Below, piece by piece: positions 32,460 through 45,856 of a DNA stretch of 64,000 bases. Source of the DNA: Eledone cirrhosa. Its lineage: Eukaryota. A program made the translations under genes and the position numbers. The stretch lies in NCBI GenBank assembly GCA_964016885.1, contig OZ024742.1:354206001-354270000 (forward strand). The letters are read 5' to 3'. The number at the start of each line of letters is the position of its first letter. Position 1 is the stretch's first letter. The notes beneath the pieces were generated by a model, which ran no database searches, had not been told where the DNA came from, and saw only the letters and a program-made list of their open reading frames with translations.

Positions 32460-32750
32460 AAGTCGAAGTTAGCTTCGCCTTTCTTCGTTACTTGGAGTAT
32501 GAACACACATACCAGTAACTCACTAGGGTCAATTTAAATGACTTCCCCTCCCCCCAAATTGCTAGCCTTGTACCTAAATGAGAAACCATTATTATTATTC
32601 TGAGTTCAAATCATGCCAAGGTTAGATATGCCTTTCATCTTTATTACAGGGTCGATAAAATAAAGTATTTAACCCACAGGCGTCGATTTCTTCGACTTTC
32701 CAATCGCCCACGATTGTTAGTCTTATGATTAAGTCTGACGCCATTATTGT
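32460..32750 (+). mobile_element. Two decayed tandem SINE copies
   Basis: GAGTTCAAATC, GCCTTTCATC, GGGTCGATAAAATAAAGTA, TTGCTAGCCTTGTACCTAAA. Confidence 0.65.
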
Positions 32751-34296
32751 CTATGTATATATATATATTTCACATAACGTGCAATTTATATTATATTCTC
32801 TCAGATTACCCGATACTCAACAGAAACAATATACATAGATGAAGCAGAGCATTCTGGACTTATGGTGTTTCAGAATATTTACTGACATAGTATATGAAAT
32901 GACATATTTTAGTTTTAGTTTAGATGATGTTGATTCATATTTAGGTTTGTGATTTAAATTACACCTCTGACGTTTCTGAGAATATTTACAATCGAATCAT
33001 TATGTTAATGTGATGAAGTGTAAGTGGAATCATATGCATGATATTAACAGAGAGAATTTAAATTGATGCTTAGGAACAAATACATTATTTCAGTGGCATA
33101 TTGAACAGGAACCCGTATTTACAATCTTAATAGATGTTAAGTATATATTGTAATACTCTAAAGACGGATCTTATTACCATATATACGAGGTTTTGTGACT
33201 TTTATCAGGGACATTTATATAACTCAGCCCATTTGTTTAACTATAATCAATCATGAAGTAACATCCTCTAACTTTAATGCCATGTTGTAGTGATCCGGCT
33301 CCACCTGGAGGGCTCCGCTTTAGTGCTGCAAAGCGATGGTTTCCAACATCAGTCACAACATCAGTCCGTTCCACCTTATCTACATCTTTGAGAAAATCCT
33401 TTCTCATCACTTTTAAATATTTTGTGCAGGAGATCAGATACACGACCTTCCTTATTGTGAAACATCCACAGGCATCTCGTATTGCATACTTAACTGTCCT
33501 ATATTGCAATATTGTATTTTCCTAAGCAATTCTAATTTGTTTTTGTTGTTATTTCTTTCATTCGGTTATAAATTCTCCTTTTGAAAAAATCGACCAGTAT
33601 TGCATAGATGTTGTAACGCTATTTTCTAATTTAGCACATGAGTTATTATTCAAAGTTAGTGAAGCCGAAATGGAGCTGACCAATGATCTTCGTTATTCCA
33701 AACGTACCAAAGCTGATTTTCAGTTTAATGCAATACGCGAAAGAAGATACTATGAAATATTTCCTTTAATTTATAAAGATGCTATTTAGGTGAAGGAAAT
33801 CTGCTTCATTCCAGTATATTGTGAGAGAAATATTATGTGATGCATTCTAATATGGTCAAACGTCACAGAACTGTTGACGCCATAAATTACCAAAACGGTA
33901 AACTTTCAACCGTGCGTTGGGGACCTTCACCAGACATAAGTCTATATGCAGTTACATACGCATAGACTAATGTCTTGTACAGGTTTGCACCGCAGGCTTG
34001 GAAGTTTGTCACTTTGGTCATTTACGCCCACAGTTCTGTGGTGGCTACATGATACCAGATTCACACATACATAACACCTCGATACAAAAATTGTAAAGAC
34101 AACGGCTGGAAAAAACGCTTTAGGAACTTGTTTTTGCCTGCATCATATCACAACATTTCCTCAGAAGATACCGTTAACATAACAACAGCAAATGCATAAA
34201 TTACATCGTGTGTTGCATAAGGCAACCGTTGAACTAATTATTACGAATAAACTTTTTTATGTAAGATCAGCATCTTTACTAATATTATTCTTATAC

Positions 34297-34410
34297 TCAA
34301 TCCCGCCGAGGTTAACTTTGCCTTTCATCCTTACGGGGTCGATAAAATAAAGTACCAGTAATGTACTGATTAATTGCTGGCCTTGTGCCAATAGTAGAAA
34401 CAATTATTCT
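34297..34410 (+). mobile_element. 5'-truncated SINE
   Basis: Near-identical to 6737-6845. Confidence 0.85.
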
Positions 34411-35152
34411 TATACTCATTCTCCATTGTAACTGAAAACTACGAATATAGAGAGCTTTCTCCTGCTTGGATCTGTTTTTAACAAAACAATTTATACTGAA
34501 CCTATTCTCACTATTACGCCTGTTGTTGTTAGCACGGTTTTGGAATTAAGTTCAGCCAATTTGGATTAACTATTTTCCTTCTCTCTCTTTCTCTTGATTT
34601 CTCTCCCTTTCACTCTTCCCCACTCACTTATTCTCTTTCTCTCTTACCATCTATCTCCTCCCTCCCACTCCGCCTGCTCCTTAACCGCTTCCACCCTACT
34701 CACTTCCATTTTCCTTCGTCTCTTCCTCTTTGCACCTGTTCTCACTATGATCAGACGTTTTTTCTTCCGTCTACCTCCTGTTGTTAGTACATGTTCAGTA
34801 CTCACGTTCGGTCTCCGTATTAAATTCTCCCTGTCACCCCCTGGTTACTACAACTTACTTGCACTGCAGTCTCGTTTTTCCTCTTCTTTTCGTTATCGCC
34901 TGTGTTCTTCTGGTGTTTTTTCTCCCGGATAGCCATGCCGCTTAGTGATCAACGCACTGTGGTGAGATGTACTGTCTTTGATGAATTCGAAACATCACTG
35001 ATCCGCACAAGACAGCCGATGAACGGGAATGATCTTTGTGTTTATGATTGTGATTCTCTTCCTTTTTCTAAATAATATATACTAGTAACAACACAACGCC
35101 TTTGTCACTTTTTAATTCACACACACACGCGCACACACACACACACACACAC

Positions 35153-36358
35153 CTTTAAATTTTTAATTTCAAATTTGTTTCTCAACAATTAAGTGAATGT
35201 TCCTATTTCTGTGCTCTTCTGCAGGTATCCAGAAATTGGTAAGTTTCACTTCAAAATACTTAAGAATACTGAGAGAAATGTGTTTTTTAACGCGCATGTG
35301 TCACAGTGTCGCGCACGTCCTATACTCGTGCCGTTAAAAATAGCAGCCGCTTTTATGGGACTAAAAATTAGCTCAACGCATGGAGCCTAGAATATTTTAT
35401 ATAGAGTTATAAACTCAACGGGCAAACGGTAATATTTTAATTAGTATTTTTCAATCTAGCTAACTAGGTCGTTTGCAATGCGAACACATGTATACTCGAT
35501 TCAGTGTACACCCCTATCATATATTCATTTGTATTACACGGCTCAGAAATATTCCTTTATTTGAACTAATTAATTGTAAAAGACTAGAGTATTTTGAAGT
35601 GAAACTTACCAATTTCTCCATACCTGCAGAAGAGCACAGAAATAGGAACCTTTACTTAATTGTTGCGAAACAAATTTGAAATTTAAAATTTAAATTTGTC
35701 CAGGCATCACGGCCTTTGCCAATATAGGTTTGTTTTTATTGATATATTATTTTAAATCGAGACAGGCAAACCGTATTATTTTAATTAGTACTTTTCAATC
35801 TCGCTGACATGGTCATTTGCAATACGAACACATGTATACTCGTATCAGTGTTTATCCCTATCATATATTCATGTGTATTACACGGCTCAGATATATTGCT
35901 TTCTTTGAGCTAATTAATTGTAAAATACTATTTGAGTTTATAACTCTATATATAATATTCTCGGCTCCATACGTTGAGCTAATTTTTCGTCCCATAAAAG
36001 CGGCTGCTATTTTTAGCGGCACGAGTATAGGACGTGCTAGACACTGTGACACATGTGCGTTAAACAACACATTTCTCTCTGTCTTCTTAAGTATTTTGAA
36101 GTGAAACTTACCAATTTCTGGATACCTGCAGAAGAGCACAGAAATAGGAACATTCACTTAATTGTTGAGAAACAAATTTGAAATTTAAAATTTAAATGTG
36201 TCCAGGTATCACGGCTTTTGACAATATATGTTTGTTTTTATTGATTTATATTTTAAATCGAGACAGGCAAACCGTATTATTTTAATTAGTTTTTTTTTCA
36301 ATCTAACTTGGTCATTTGCAATACGAACACATGTATACTTATATCAGTGTTGATCCCT

Positions 36359-36362
<4 letters not shown>
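35153..36362 (+). repeat. ~500-bp tandem repeat with a 5' inverted segment (35153-35418 vs 35931-36197)
   Basis: Unit starts at ~35420, 35764 and 36265; mirror ORFs 35193-35390 and 35861-36157. Confidence 0.8.
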
Positions 36363-36399
<37 letters not shown>

Positions 36400-36401
<2 letters not shown>

Positions 36402-36602
36402 CGAAGGATATGTGGTAAGAAACCAGGTGGACCATAACGTACCGAAGTACTCAATACTTAGGGTAGTAGAGTGGGTAATAGGAACGAGTAGGATACCGAC
36501 GGCTGAGCTCAAGCCGTTTCGACGGCTAATTCTGGACCAGACCTAGCTGTCCAGAATTAGCCGTCAAAACGGCTTGAGATCAGCCGTCGGGTCCTACTCG
36601 TT

Positions 36603-36605
<3 letters not shown>
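36400..36605 (-). mobile_element. Fold-back mini-copy of family A
   Basis: Same layout as 46-231. Confidence 0.75.
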
Positions 36606-36674
<69 letters not shown>

Positions 36675-36682
36675 CCAGTAAG

Positions 36683-36776
36683 ACCCCGACGGCTGAGATC
36701 AAGCCGTTTCGACGGCTAATTCTGGACTAAATTAAAATTTATCCTGGTATTTAAATAGCCGATCTTCTCAAGGGGT
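36683..36776 (-). ncRNA. Type I hammerhead with U3-A8 core and long stems II and III
   Basis: Minus: ACCCC-TTGAGAA-GA(T)CGGCTA...TAGCCGTC-GAAA-CGGCT-TGATCTC-AGCCG-TC-GGGGT. The plus copy at 38755-38849 has core and stem lesions. Confidence 0.75.
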
Positions 36777-37321
36777 AATTCCATATATGGTCAAAGTGAT
36801 TGTCAAAAGTCAGTAGTAATTCTGTGATTGCAAATTAGAAGGGGAGATGGTGGCTAAACCTGCCAGTAGGAGAAAGAGGGGAGGGGGTGGAGTAGACCCA
36901 ATCAAGCGTTGGTAGTGCCAGCTACAGCTGGGCATGAGGTCAAAGAAGATACTGGGGAGGGGGAGGGGGAGGAAGTCGGAACGGTAGGTAGAACAATGAG
37001 GGGTAAAAATATATAAGAAAGAAAAAATACTGAGAGTGAAGAAAAGCGAATAAGTGTAAAGAAAAAAGTAAAGCAAGTTCTACGACCTAAGTCACTAGCT
37101 ATTGTTAGGCTAGATAAATAAATAAATAAAGAAAGAAGGAAGTAAAGAAAGAAATAAAAAAGTAACGAAATAAGTAAATGAACTTGGTGGGACGGAATAG
37201 GCAAGGACCCTTTTAAGAGGTATAAGTACCTAAATCATACGGTGACGAGTCAACAAATGGGGCCAAAATACTAAAGAGACTATCACGAAATAAATAATAA
37301 AGGTTTATAACCGCATGTGAC

Positions 37322-37626
37322 TTCAAGACCCGGCTATACCAACATAGACATACCTTCCGAAACCCGGCCCGGCATCACGCCACTACACTTTCGGGCCACA
37401 TATGGGACCTCAAGGACAACAACCTCACCTATGATCTCACTTGGAGATTACTGTCCAGAGCCAATCCTTACACGGGAGGACGCCGTCCGTGCAATTTATG
37501 CTCGGAGGAAACTTTACAAATGCTGTTTTCGACGGACCAACTCCTAAACAAGAAAGATGAACTGGTTACTGCATGTAAATATAGATTGCGTAGGACTTAC
37601 CTCACCCTCAAACCCCATAATGACCC
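37322..37626 (+). pseudogene. Naiad-type GIY-YIG C-terminal half (not in the ORF track)
   Basis: FKTRLYQHRHTF...TTLSGHIWDLKD...YDLTWRLLSRANPY...CNLCSEE...LLNKKDELVTACKYR. Confidence 0.85.
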
Positions 37627-38938
37627 GGGGGGGGGGGGGGTAGACTAAGGCTAAAACACCCCACTTGCCGATTTTGCAATGGGTAACCCCTGCTTGCCAA
37701 GGGAGACGTAAGATCTTTTTATTCTTTTATCGCTTCCTTTATTTCCTTCATTCCCCCATCCCTCCTTAGTCCTTCTACCCCAGCTCTTCTTCTTTGTCGG
37801 CGTCTTTTCTCGCCCACCCGAGGCTGCCCTTTGGCCCCTTGTAGCCTCAGTATCCCACCCCCTCCCCTAGTCTATGATAGATTTGGCGGACTCCACTTTT
37901 TATAGCAGCTGGTTTAGACCCCGGATACTAGCCCCCTTTTTCCGACCGCTCCCACTATTTTCCCTGCCTTCTATATTTCTTAGTGGCACTTATGCGTTAT
38001 TTTCTCGATTCAGTATTTCTTTCTTCGCTTTTCTTTTGGGCGGGGTGGATTCTGAATTTATTTTTCCGTATTCTACCTTTACTTCGTACGAACTTTCATG
38101 TAGCTTGTATAAGATCTTTTAGAGTTAGCATTAGTATATACTTTTTTCGGGACTCAGAATTATTATCTCGTACTAGTTTACTTTGCTGCACTGGGTGGTT
38201 GCTGGCATTGTGCCCGGGATGGAAACCTTTATTATTTATTTCGTGGTAGTCTCTTTAGTATTTTGGCCCCATTTGTTGACCCGTCACCGTATGATTTAGG
38301 TACTTATACCTCTTAATAGGGTCCTTGCCTTATCCGCCCCCCCCCTAGTTCATTTACTTATTTCGTTACTTCTTTATTTATTTCTTTACTTCCTTCTTTC
38401 TTTCTTTATTTATTTATCTAGCCTAACAATAGCTAGAGACTTAGGTCGTAGAACTTGCTTTACTTTTTTCTTTACACTTATTCGGTTTTCTTCACTCTCA
38501 GTATTTTTTCTTTCTTATATAATTTTACCCCTCATTGTTCTACCTACCGTTCCGACTTCCTCCCCCTCCCCATCCCCAGTATCTTCTTTGACCTCATGCC
38601 CAGCTGTAGCTGGCACTACCAACGCTTGATTGGGTTTACTCCACCCCCTCCCCTCTTTCTCCTACTGGCAGGTTTAGCCACCATCTCCCCTACTAATTTG
38701 CAATCACAGAATTACTACTGACTTTTGACAATCACTTTGACCATATATGGAATTACCCCTTTTAGAAGATCGGCTATTTAAATACCAGGATAAATTTTAA
38801 TTTAGTCCAGAATTAGCCGTCGAAACGACTTGAGCTCAGCCGTCGGGGTCTTACTGGTTACTATTACCCACTCTACTACCCCAAGTATTGAGTACTTTGG
38901 TGCGTTATGGTCAACCTGGTTCCTTACCACATTTCCTT

Positions 38939-38979
<41 letters not shown>

Positions 38980-39160
38980 TGTATGTACGGTATATTTGGC
39001 AATATACTCTATGTTTGATTCAAATATTTAAAAGACCATACGCTATCCGTTTTAAAGTAGTGAATATGTCACTTACTTCTTTTCTGCGAAAGAAGGCAGA
39101 GAAGCTGACAGTCTGTTTCATGCTCGTTGGCGTTCATCAGAGCCACGCACTCCCCTGCTT

Positions 39161-39202
<42 letters not shown>

Positions 39203-39206
<4 letters not shown>

Positions 39207-39343
39207 AACCAGTAAGACCCCGACGGCTGAGCTCAAGCCGTTTCGTCGGGGTCTTACTGGTTCCTATTACCCACTCTACTACCCCAAGTATTGAGTACTT
39301 TGGTGCGTTATGGTCCACCTGGTTCCTTACCACATTTCCTTCG

Positions 39344-39345
<2 letters not shown>
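39203..39345 (+). mobile_element. Fold-back mini-copy of family A
   Basis: Short inverted piece joined to the family-A 3' tail; flanked by (TA)n. Confidence 0.7.
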
Positions 39346-39379
<34 letters not shown>

Positions 39380-39404
39380 TTGTGTGTGTGTGTGTATAAC
39401 TATA

Positions 39405-39467
<63 letters not shown>

Positions 39468-40134
39468 ATATTATAGAGAAGAGAGACGGATTTAAATGTA
39501 TATGTTGTCTACTGATAGAAGAACGTATACCAGCGAAGCTTCTGATTCTAGATTACCCATCATTGGACATGCTAGACTATAAAAGATGATGCAGACGTGA
39601 TATTATTTCGATATTTCGGCTTTCTCTTTCTTATTATTCTTTATTTTCCCCCATTTCTATTTGATAGAATTCACATTATACTATGAGTTTTATTCAATTG
39701 TCTATTCATGATTAGCGAAGTCTTTACGATATATCTTATTACAATAATTCCATACAGAATATATTTCATATGTGAAACCGAAATCATTTTTCCTTATTTC
39801 TCCGTAATCTAATTTCGATGATTATCAGTAAATATATAAAGAAATAATATTAGAAAATACAGTTTAGAAAATAATAACTTGCTAAAATTATAAATATCAT
39901 ATTTTATTGAAATGTCAGAAATAATTGCTACGGACGCAGTTCCCCGTTTTCAATATTTGATTTGGGTACGCTCTGTGGCAACTGAATCGAATTCTCAATA
40001 ATTACACAAATGAAATGAATAACTCTTTTAGTTGTGTGCGTTGTTATGATAGTCATTTCCCGAATTTTCTAAAACATATATTTTATTCTTTATAGTTGCA
40101 CACAAGTGCACTCACACAGAGACACTCACAGCCT

Positions 40135-40240
<106 letters not shown>

Positions 40241-42769
40241 ACTTTTACTCTGGGGTAAGCGACCAGGGATTTGCAATCCACATTGTTGTCGGTCGGCTGT
40301 GATGCAGCTAAAATGAAGCCCTCAATGACATGTATAAAAGGCACACGGCGGATCATTATAGAATATTGAATATTTCTGAGGCCATATGCAGTTGTATTCA
40401 GTATTATTTTCATCTATATGATACATATTTCGTTAAGCTCAACATGGATTAAATTATTAACACTATTTTGCATAGGGCTGGACTATGGGGGCCTCTCTCT
40501 TGCTGTTTGTTTGCATAGATTTGAATGGAAGCTGATTCTGTCTTGATATGTAGTGAATTGTCCTAAGTTTCTTGTTAATAACGCATGGAAATGATTTGGT
40601 AAACATTTCCCCGTTGCCAGTTAAACACCAGAAACTGGACAAGGGTTATAAATTGATGATGTTTATTTCATTGTTCTTATGATAATATAAACTATGTAAC
40701 CAAAACGATATCTCCAAACTACCTTACAAATCTAATGTATGTATGTTGAATCGCATGGCAACAGCGTCGTTTCTACAGCAACACATTTTCACCCATTTCA
40801 CAAAATATTTGACATTGCACAGTTGTCTCATTTAATAGCAAACATAGAAAGGAAAATCTACTAGACAGTAGCTATATCCATGTAAACCTTAATGGTCACA
40901 GCTTTTCGTGGTTCCGGAAAATGTTTGAACACTAATAAACGTATTCGATATTAACACATGTTGGAACAACTGATCATTTAATTAGACATCTTATGACGTC
41001 AGCCATATTTCTGGAATACAGAAATGTTTGCCCATTCATGGGTCTGTATATTTACGAAGTCTCATTGTCATAGCCGTAGAGATTCAGGAATAAAATAGGG
41101 GTGGTCTCCGAGTCCCCTCTCCTAAGAAGACGGAGCTCATAGAAAGCTCAAGGTTTATAAGCTTAAACCAGTTGTATAAAACTAATTCACAGTAGTAAAA
41201 CTAAATATAGTTATAGCTGACATCATTACTCGTAAATGAGTGGAGAAGAGATCTCAGTTATAATTATTGTAGTCGGGGAAATCCTGTCAATCGTAGCGAC
41301 GACTGTGATAGCGCACAGTATCTAATGTGCGCATTTTAATTTGAAGTACATTTACAGTGTATCTACAAACACGATCACACGCTACCTAATTTATATTGTT
41401 GGCACCAACAATAAATTTCTTAAAGTTATTCCTTGAATAATTATCTTATTTAGCATGATTTTGAAACAGTGAATAACGTTCTTCATCCTATGTTATCAGT
41501 AAACATAGATGTTCTAGAAATTCTTAGAATTGCTATCATTGGATGTTTACTATAGATACAGATGTGAAGAGTGGAGTGTGTGTTAATGGTTATTTCTATG
41601 GTGTGACTTTTGTTTTTGTATACTAGTTTATAATTTAATTGTTTTTATACATTTCACTTATGCCATAACTTTGAATTGAATATGATTCCTATTTAAAGTG
41701 TCAAGTTCCGCAGTGGTAGGCTCCCGTCATACATTATTTTGAATTTATCAAAATTAATCCGATTAATGAAAATGTAAAAAATCGAGAGATATGAAAGCCA
41801 TATAAATGCTGGCAGTTCACAGAGATATATTGTATCTGTCAATGAATTCGATAGGGAATAAGAATACAAAATAATAATAAAATTCATATATGAAAAAGCA
41901 TTGTTATCTATGTTGTACCATTAGGCACAATAACTCAAATGCTGTGTTAAAGTAGAATCATTGGAACAAAGGCAAAACGTTATCAGTAATTGAATTTTAT
42001 GTTTTTTTTTTGTGTTTTAAAGATATTAGAGTAGTGTAGTCAAGCATTGTGTTAACGGGAGTTTAGATGTGTGGAAAAAGTAGTATCCATAGAAAAGTTA
42101 CTATAAAGACAATTAGAATTAAAACTATTTTCACTGTAATGCTTTTTTTTAGTACTCAAACTTGAATATGCTACCAATAAGCTATAATGTAATGAGATTT
42201 AAGGTATAGTGCTGTTTGTTAAGAAACAACATTTATGGAAATACAATATTTTCTGAAGCCCAAAATTGTATTATATACGGCGAGACATCTCTAATAAGCG
42301 TCTCTCAATAATATAGATTTTAAATTAGAATTAAGAAGTTTAAAGCGTTAGTTCTCGAGAATATATTCTTTCATCTTAATAAATATAAAGAGTATTTCAA
42401 CTAAGAAAACAAACTGAAAGGATCTACTCCATATAAACTTGAAAAAGAATGTTTGGCTACATTCCTATAATATTGCATTTTTAATCAACAGTATTAACTT
42501 TATATTTGTCTAAATCGGAAAACGTTTCTACTGAGAAATCATTGAAATGTTAGCTATACAACATACTGTGTCATGCTTATTTATGTATAAAAGGAAATCA
42601 TCCGTGAATGGTGATCAACTACACACTGTATTACATCACACGATGAAACTTCATTCGATTCTGGGAATTTACACAAGGAGACTTTAGATTTGGTACAAAT
42701 TATTAGCTAGTAATTACAACATCTCATCTAGAGAAGCAAACACCTTATTTACTGATCAACATAACGGTC

Positions 42770-44591
42770 AAGTAATCGGAATATAGGACGCACTTTTTTT
42801 CCGAAAATTTGACCCTCAAAATTATGTGCTTCTTATAAGGTGAAGGTCATGTTTGGGGTAATTAGAATATGTAAAAATGTTACAGTTACAAAGTAGGAAA
42901 TATTTTCATTTCATATATATTTACGAAAGGAAAGAGACAAAATATAATATATCAATAATGGACATATGGTAGTGGATTCATGTTTCCAACTCATGAACCC
43001 TATTTTAGAAAATTTAGATTTAGATAAATGGAATGTAAAGTAAGAAAAATATAAAGAAAAAAAGTAAAAAAGAAAAGAAAACCAAAAAGAGAGGGAATGG
43101 CAATCACTCTAGTGTCACAAAAGAATGGGGAGGGTAAGATGGAGGATGATGGAAAGCCAGCTGCATCCAGGCTCCTCTGTAAGCCGTTGAGAGCGGCAAG
43201 TCAGATGAACCAACATGCGCTCTGGCGGAAAGATAGTAGGTGCAGGCAAAACATATCAACAACAGCCTCGCAACGGCATTAGTCTTCTCCGATGTGAGTG
43301 CACTCATCATCAAGAAGGGTAACGCATGATGAGGAGGGCACCGAATAGGGCCACGCGCCCCTTTGAGGCTGAGAAGTGGAGAGAAGGCAGGTGAGGTGGT
43401 GTTGGTCCAGGCCAGAATTAGTCCACCTGACAGAAAAAAAAATGCAATTGATATGGTCCCAGTTACGTTGGATCTTTGTATACTGGGGCACATAGAGTCC
43501 TTCACTTGTACAGTCAGCCAGAGCCTGTTCACGTTCTGGGTCCAAGTCAGGTTCGTCTGTGTGGCTGAGAAGCTCGCTGACGAAAGCATGATTGGAGTAA
43601 ATATAGGAGAGAGAGGCATGTAGAGCCAGATCCGAAGCTGATCGGTGGGAGAGACCACCGAACCTCACTGGGAGTTTTACTTGTTGGTAGCCGGTGATAA
43701 CTGAACTGGCATTGATCATGAGTTCTGCACAACGTTGAATAGTGGCGTCGAGTTCCCTGAGAAGATATGGCTGGCGGTGAGAAGATGCACGGTGCTGCGT
43801 GAACATGAATTGGGTGATGGTGAATTAATTCGTCAAGAGGAAGAGCGCCAGATGAGCGTCAAGGAGACGCAGTCTCTCTGCTATTCGGGACAAATCCGCA
43901 TGCTTGGTCTCCGGGCATTCTCTTTTGGATTTCGGGAGAATAGCCGAAGCTGAGTTTCCATGTCGTATATTTGGGTGTCAGCTGATCCCAGACGACGACG
44001 TGTGAATTTTCGAAAGTAAACCTTGTTGTTTAGGAACAATTTCGTGCACATAAGACTGGGAATACAGTAGGGAGGGTAAATAACTTAAACACTGAAATAG
44101 CTGTCACAACTGGAGGACTGATCTATCAATTACCCCCTATTGATGCTTCATGAAAGAAATAGATGAAGGGCCTTCAACATGTACTGACTCCAACAGGAAG
44201 TATGAAGAGGCCTACATCTTTCCAGGTAGAACAATGGGTGAAAATCCTGTGGGGAGCTCTGAAAACCAAGACAATAATCGAAGATTTAAAAAATGTGGTA
44301 TCAGCAACACTCTAGATTGCACAAAATTAGATTTTCTGTATAATGATAGCGACAAAATTGATTCTGAAAAAAGCGATGACCTTGAGGAATGCGAGAAAGA
44401 TGGCGAATTTCAGTAATTAGAAAAGGGTGACAGGCTGGAAATCAATGAGGATAACAGTTGCCATCATTTTATAAGATTTCAAAGTAATTAACATTTTAAT
44501 TGCGTTAATAGTGCTAATTCCCCTTAATTTTATTTTTCCTCGATATTGATGTTAAATTTACAATGCGTCGTATATTCCGAAAAATGCGGTA
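42770..44591 (+). mobile_element. Decayed pogo/Tc2-type DNA transposon
   Basis: TIR-like TCGGAATATAGGACGCA (42776-42792) and TGCGTCGTATATTCCGAAAAATGCGG-TA (44564-44591); DDE remnants TEIAVTTGGLIYQLPPIDAS (~44090-44150) and FKKCGISNTLD. Confidence 0.7.
43110..43990 (-). pseudogene. CRE-clade non-LTR retrotransposon fragment (post-RT region to zinc knuckle)
   Basis: QVKLPVRFGGLSHRSASDLAL, QRNWD, GAWPYSVPSS, CRCEAVVD...HLLS, ALN...SLDAAGFPS. Confidence 0.7.
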
Positions 44592-45026
44592 TTTGTAAAG
44601 ATTAATGAAGGGCAAAGTTTGGTATAAACATATTGAAAACTATAGGTAATGTAGACTCATCTACATAAATGAAGTCTGATATAAAAGGTGAAATAATTGG
44701 CGTGATGATGAGCACGTGTGTTATACGGGTAGTCACCAATTATTTTCTCCCCGATTCGCACAAATATTTTCAATATCATATCAGAATTATGCTTTTACTG
44801 CTGCTCATGTAACGAAATGAATTTGGCCATTGGTTTTGTTATATTCGCGTCATATTTATCATCAACGTAAACATAATATTACACTTGGTATAGGCACATA
44901 TATTCCAATTTTATTTTTTTGTGTATAATCTGAAGTACGTTGAATATGTTTTTATAGGGAATAATTTATTTATTTGTATTATTAATTCCAGCTATATTTC
45001 CTATGCTACCCCAAAGCGATATACAT

Positions 45027-45108
<82 letters not shown>

Positions 45109-45640
45109 CAATAATCTTTGTTCTCAAAAATATTAACATTTATAATTTTATATTTAAGCATTGATATTATTTTTGTATTTATCTCGAAACATGTATCTAT
45201 AGTTACCGTCATGACATCATATGTTTTACTACTTCCATTGACTCCTGAATCGGATCCTTTCAGTCAATTTATCGGATCCTTTCAGCCATGTTTTTATGAA
45301 ATTGCTTTATCTCTAGAGACACCTACACGCATATTTTTCGTATTTGATTTGATTCCCTGCAATTCTATGATGTTATAATTTTAGCCATACTTTCTCTTAC
45401 GTAGAAAATTATGGATCTTTGATGTTGTCATGCTTTGTCTTGCATTCAGAACATAAATGGCGCAACATTACTATTATCTAAAAAATAGTATTACTATCAA
45501 ATTCCACCAATGTTATATTAGGCCGCTGTTTATTAAATAAAGTTACTTTTATCATTGCTGAATCTCGCGAAGAAGTGTTCAGTGAAAATATATATTGAAA
45601 ACATACCACTTTACATTTATAAGTAATTATACAAATATAT

Positions 45641-45701
<61 letters not shown>

Positions 45702-45732
45702 TAATAATAATAATAATAATATTAATAATAAT

Positions 45733-45799
45733 GTTTCTACGTTAGGCACAAGGCCAGCAATTATCCAGTACATTACTGGTACTTTATTTTATCGAACCC

Positions 45800-45803
<4 letters not shown>
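45733..45803 (-). mobile_element. SINE 3' fragment between (TAA)n tracts
   Basis: Reverse complement of the SINE 3' half. Confidence 0.75.

Positions 45804-45856
<53 letters not shown>

Larger units (their letters stand above)
36672..38941 (+). mobile_element. 5'-truncated Naiad-type PLE (family A) with inverted pLTR arms (36672-~37310 / ~38222-38860) and 3' tail
   Basis: Mirror ORFs 36810-37076 and 38455-38721; EN remnant between the arms. Confidence 0.9.

Noticed and set aside
34594-34932. 112-aa ORF
   Set aside because: Pyrimidine-rich low-complexity sequence with no recognisable domain.
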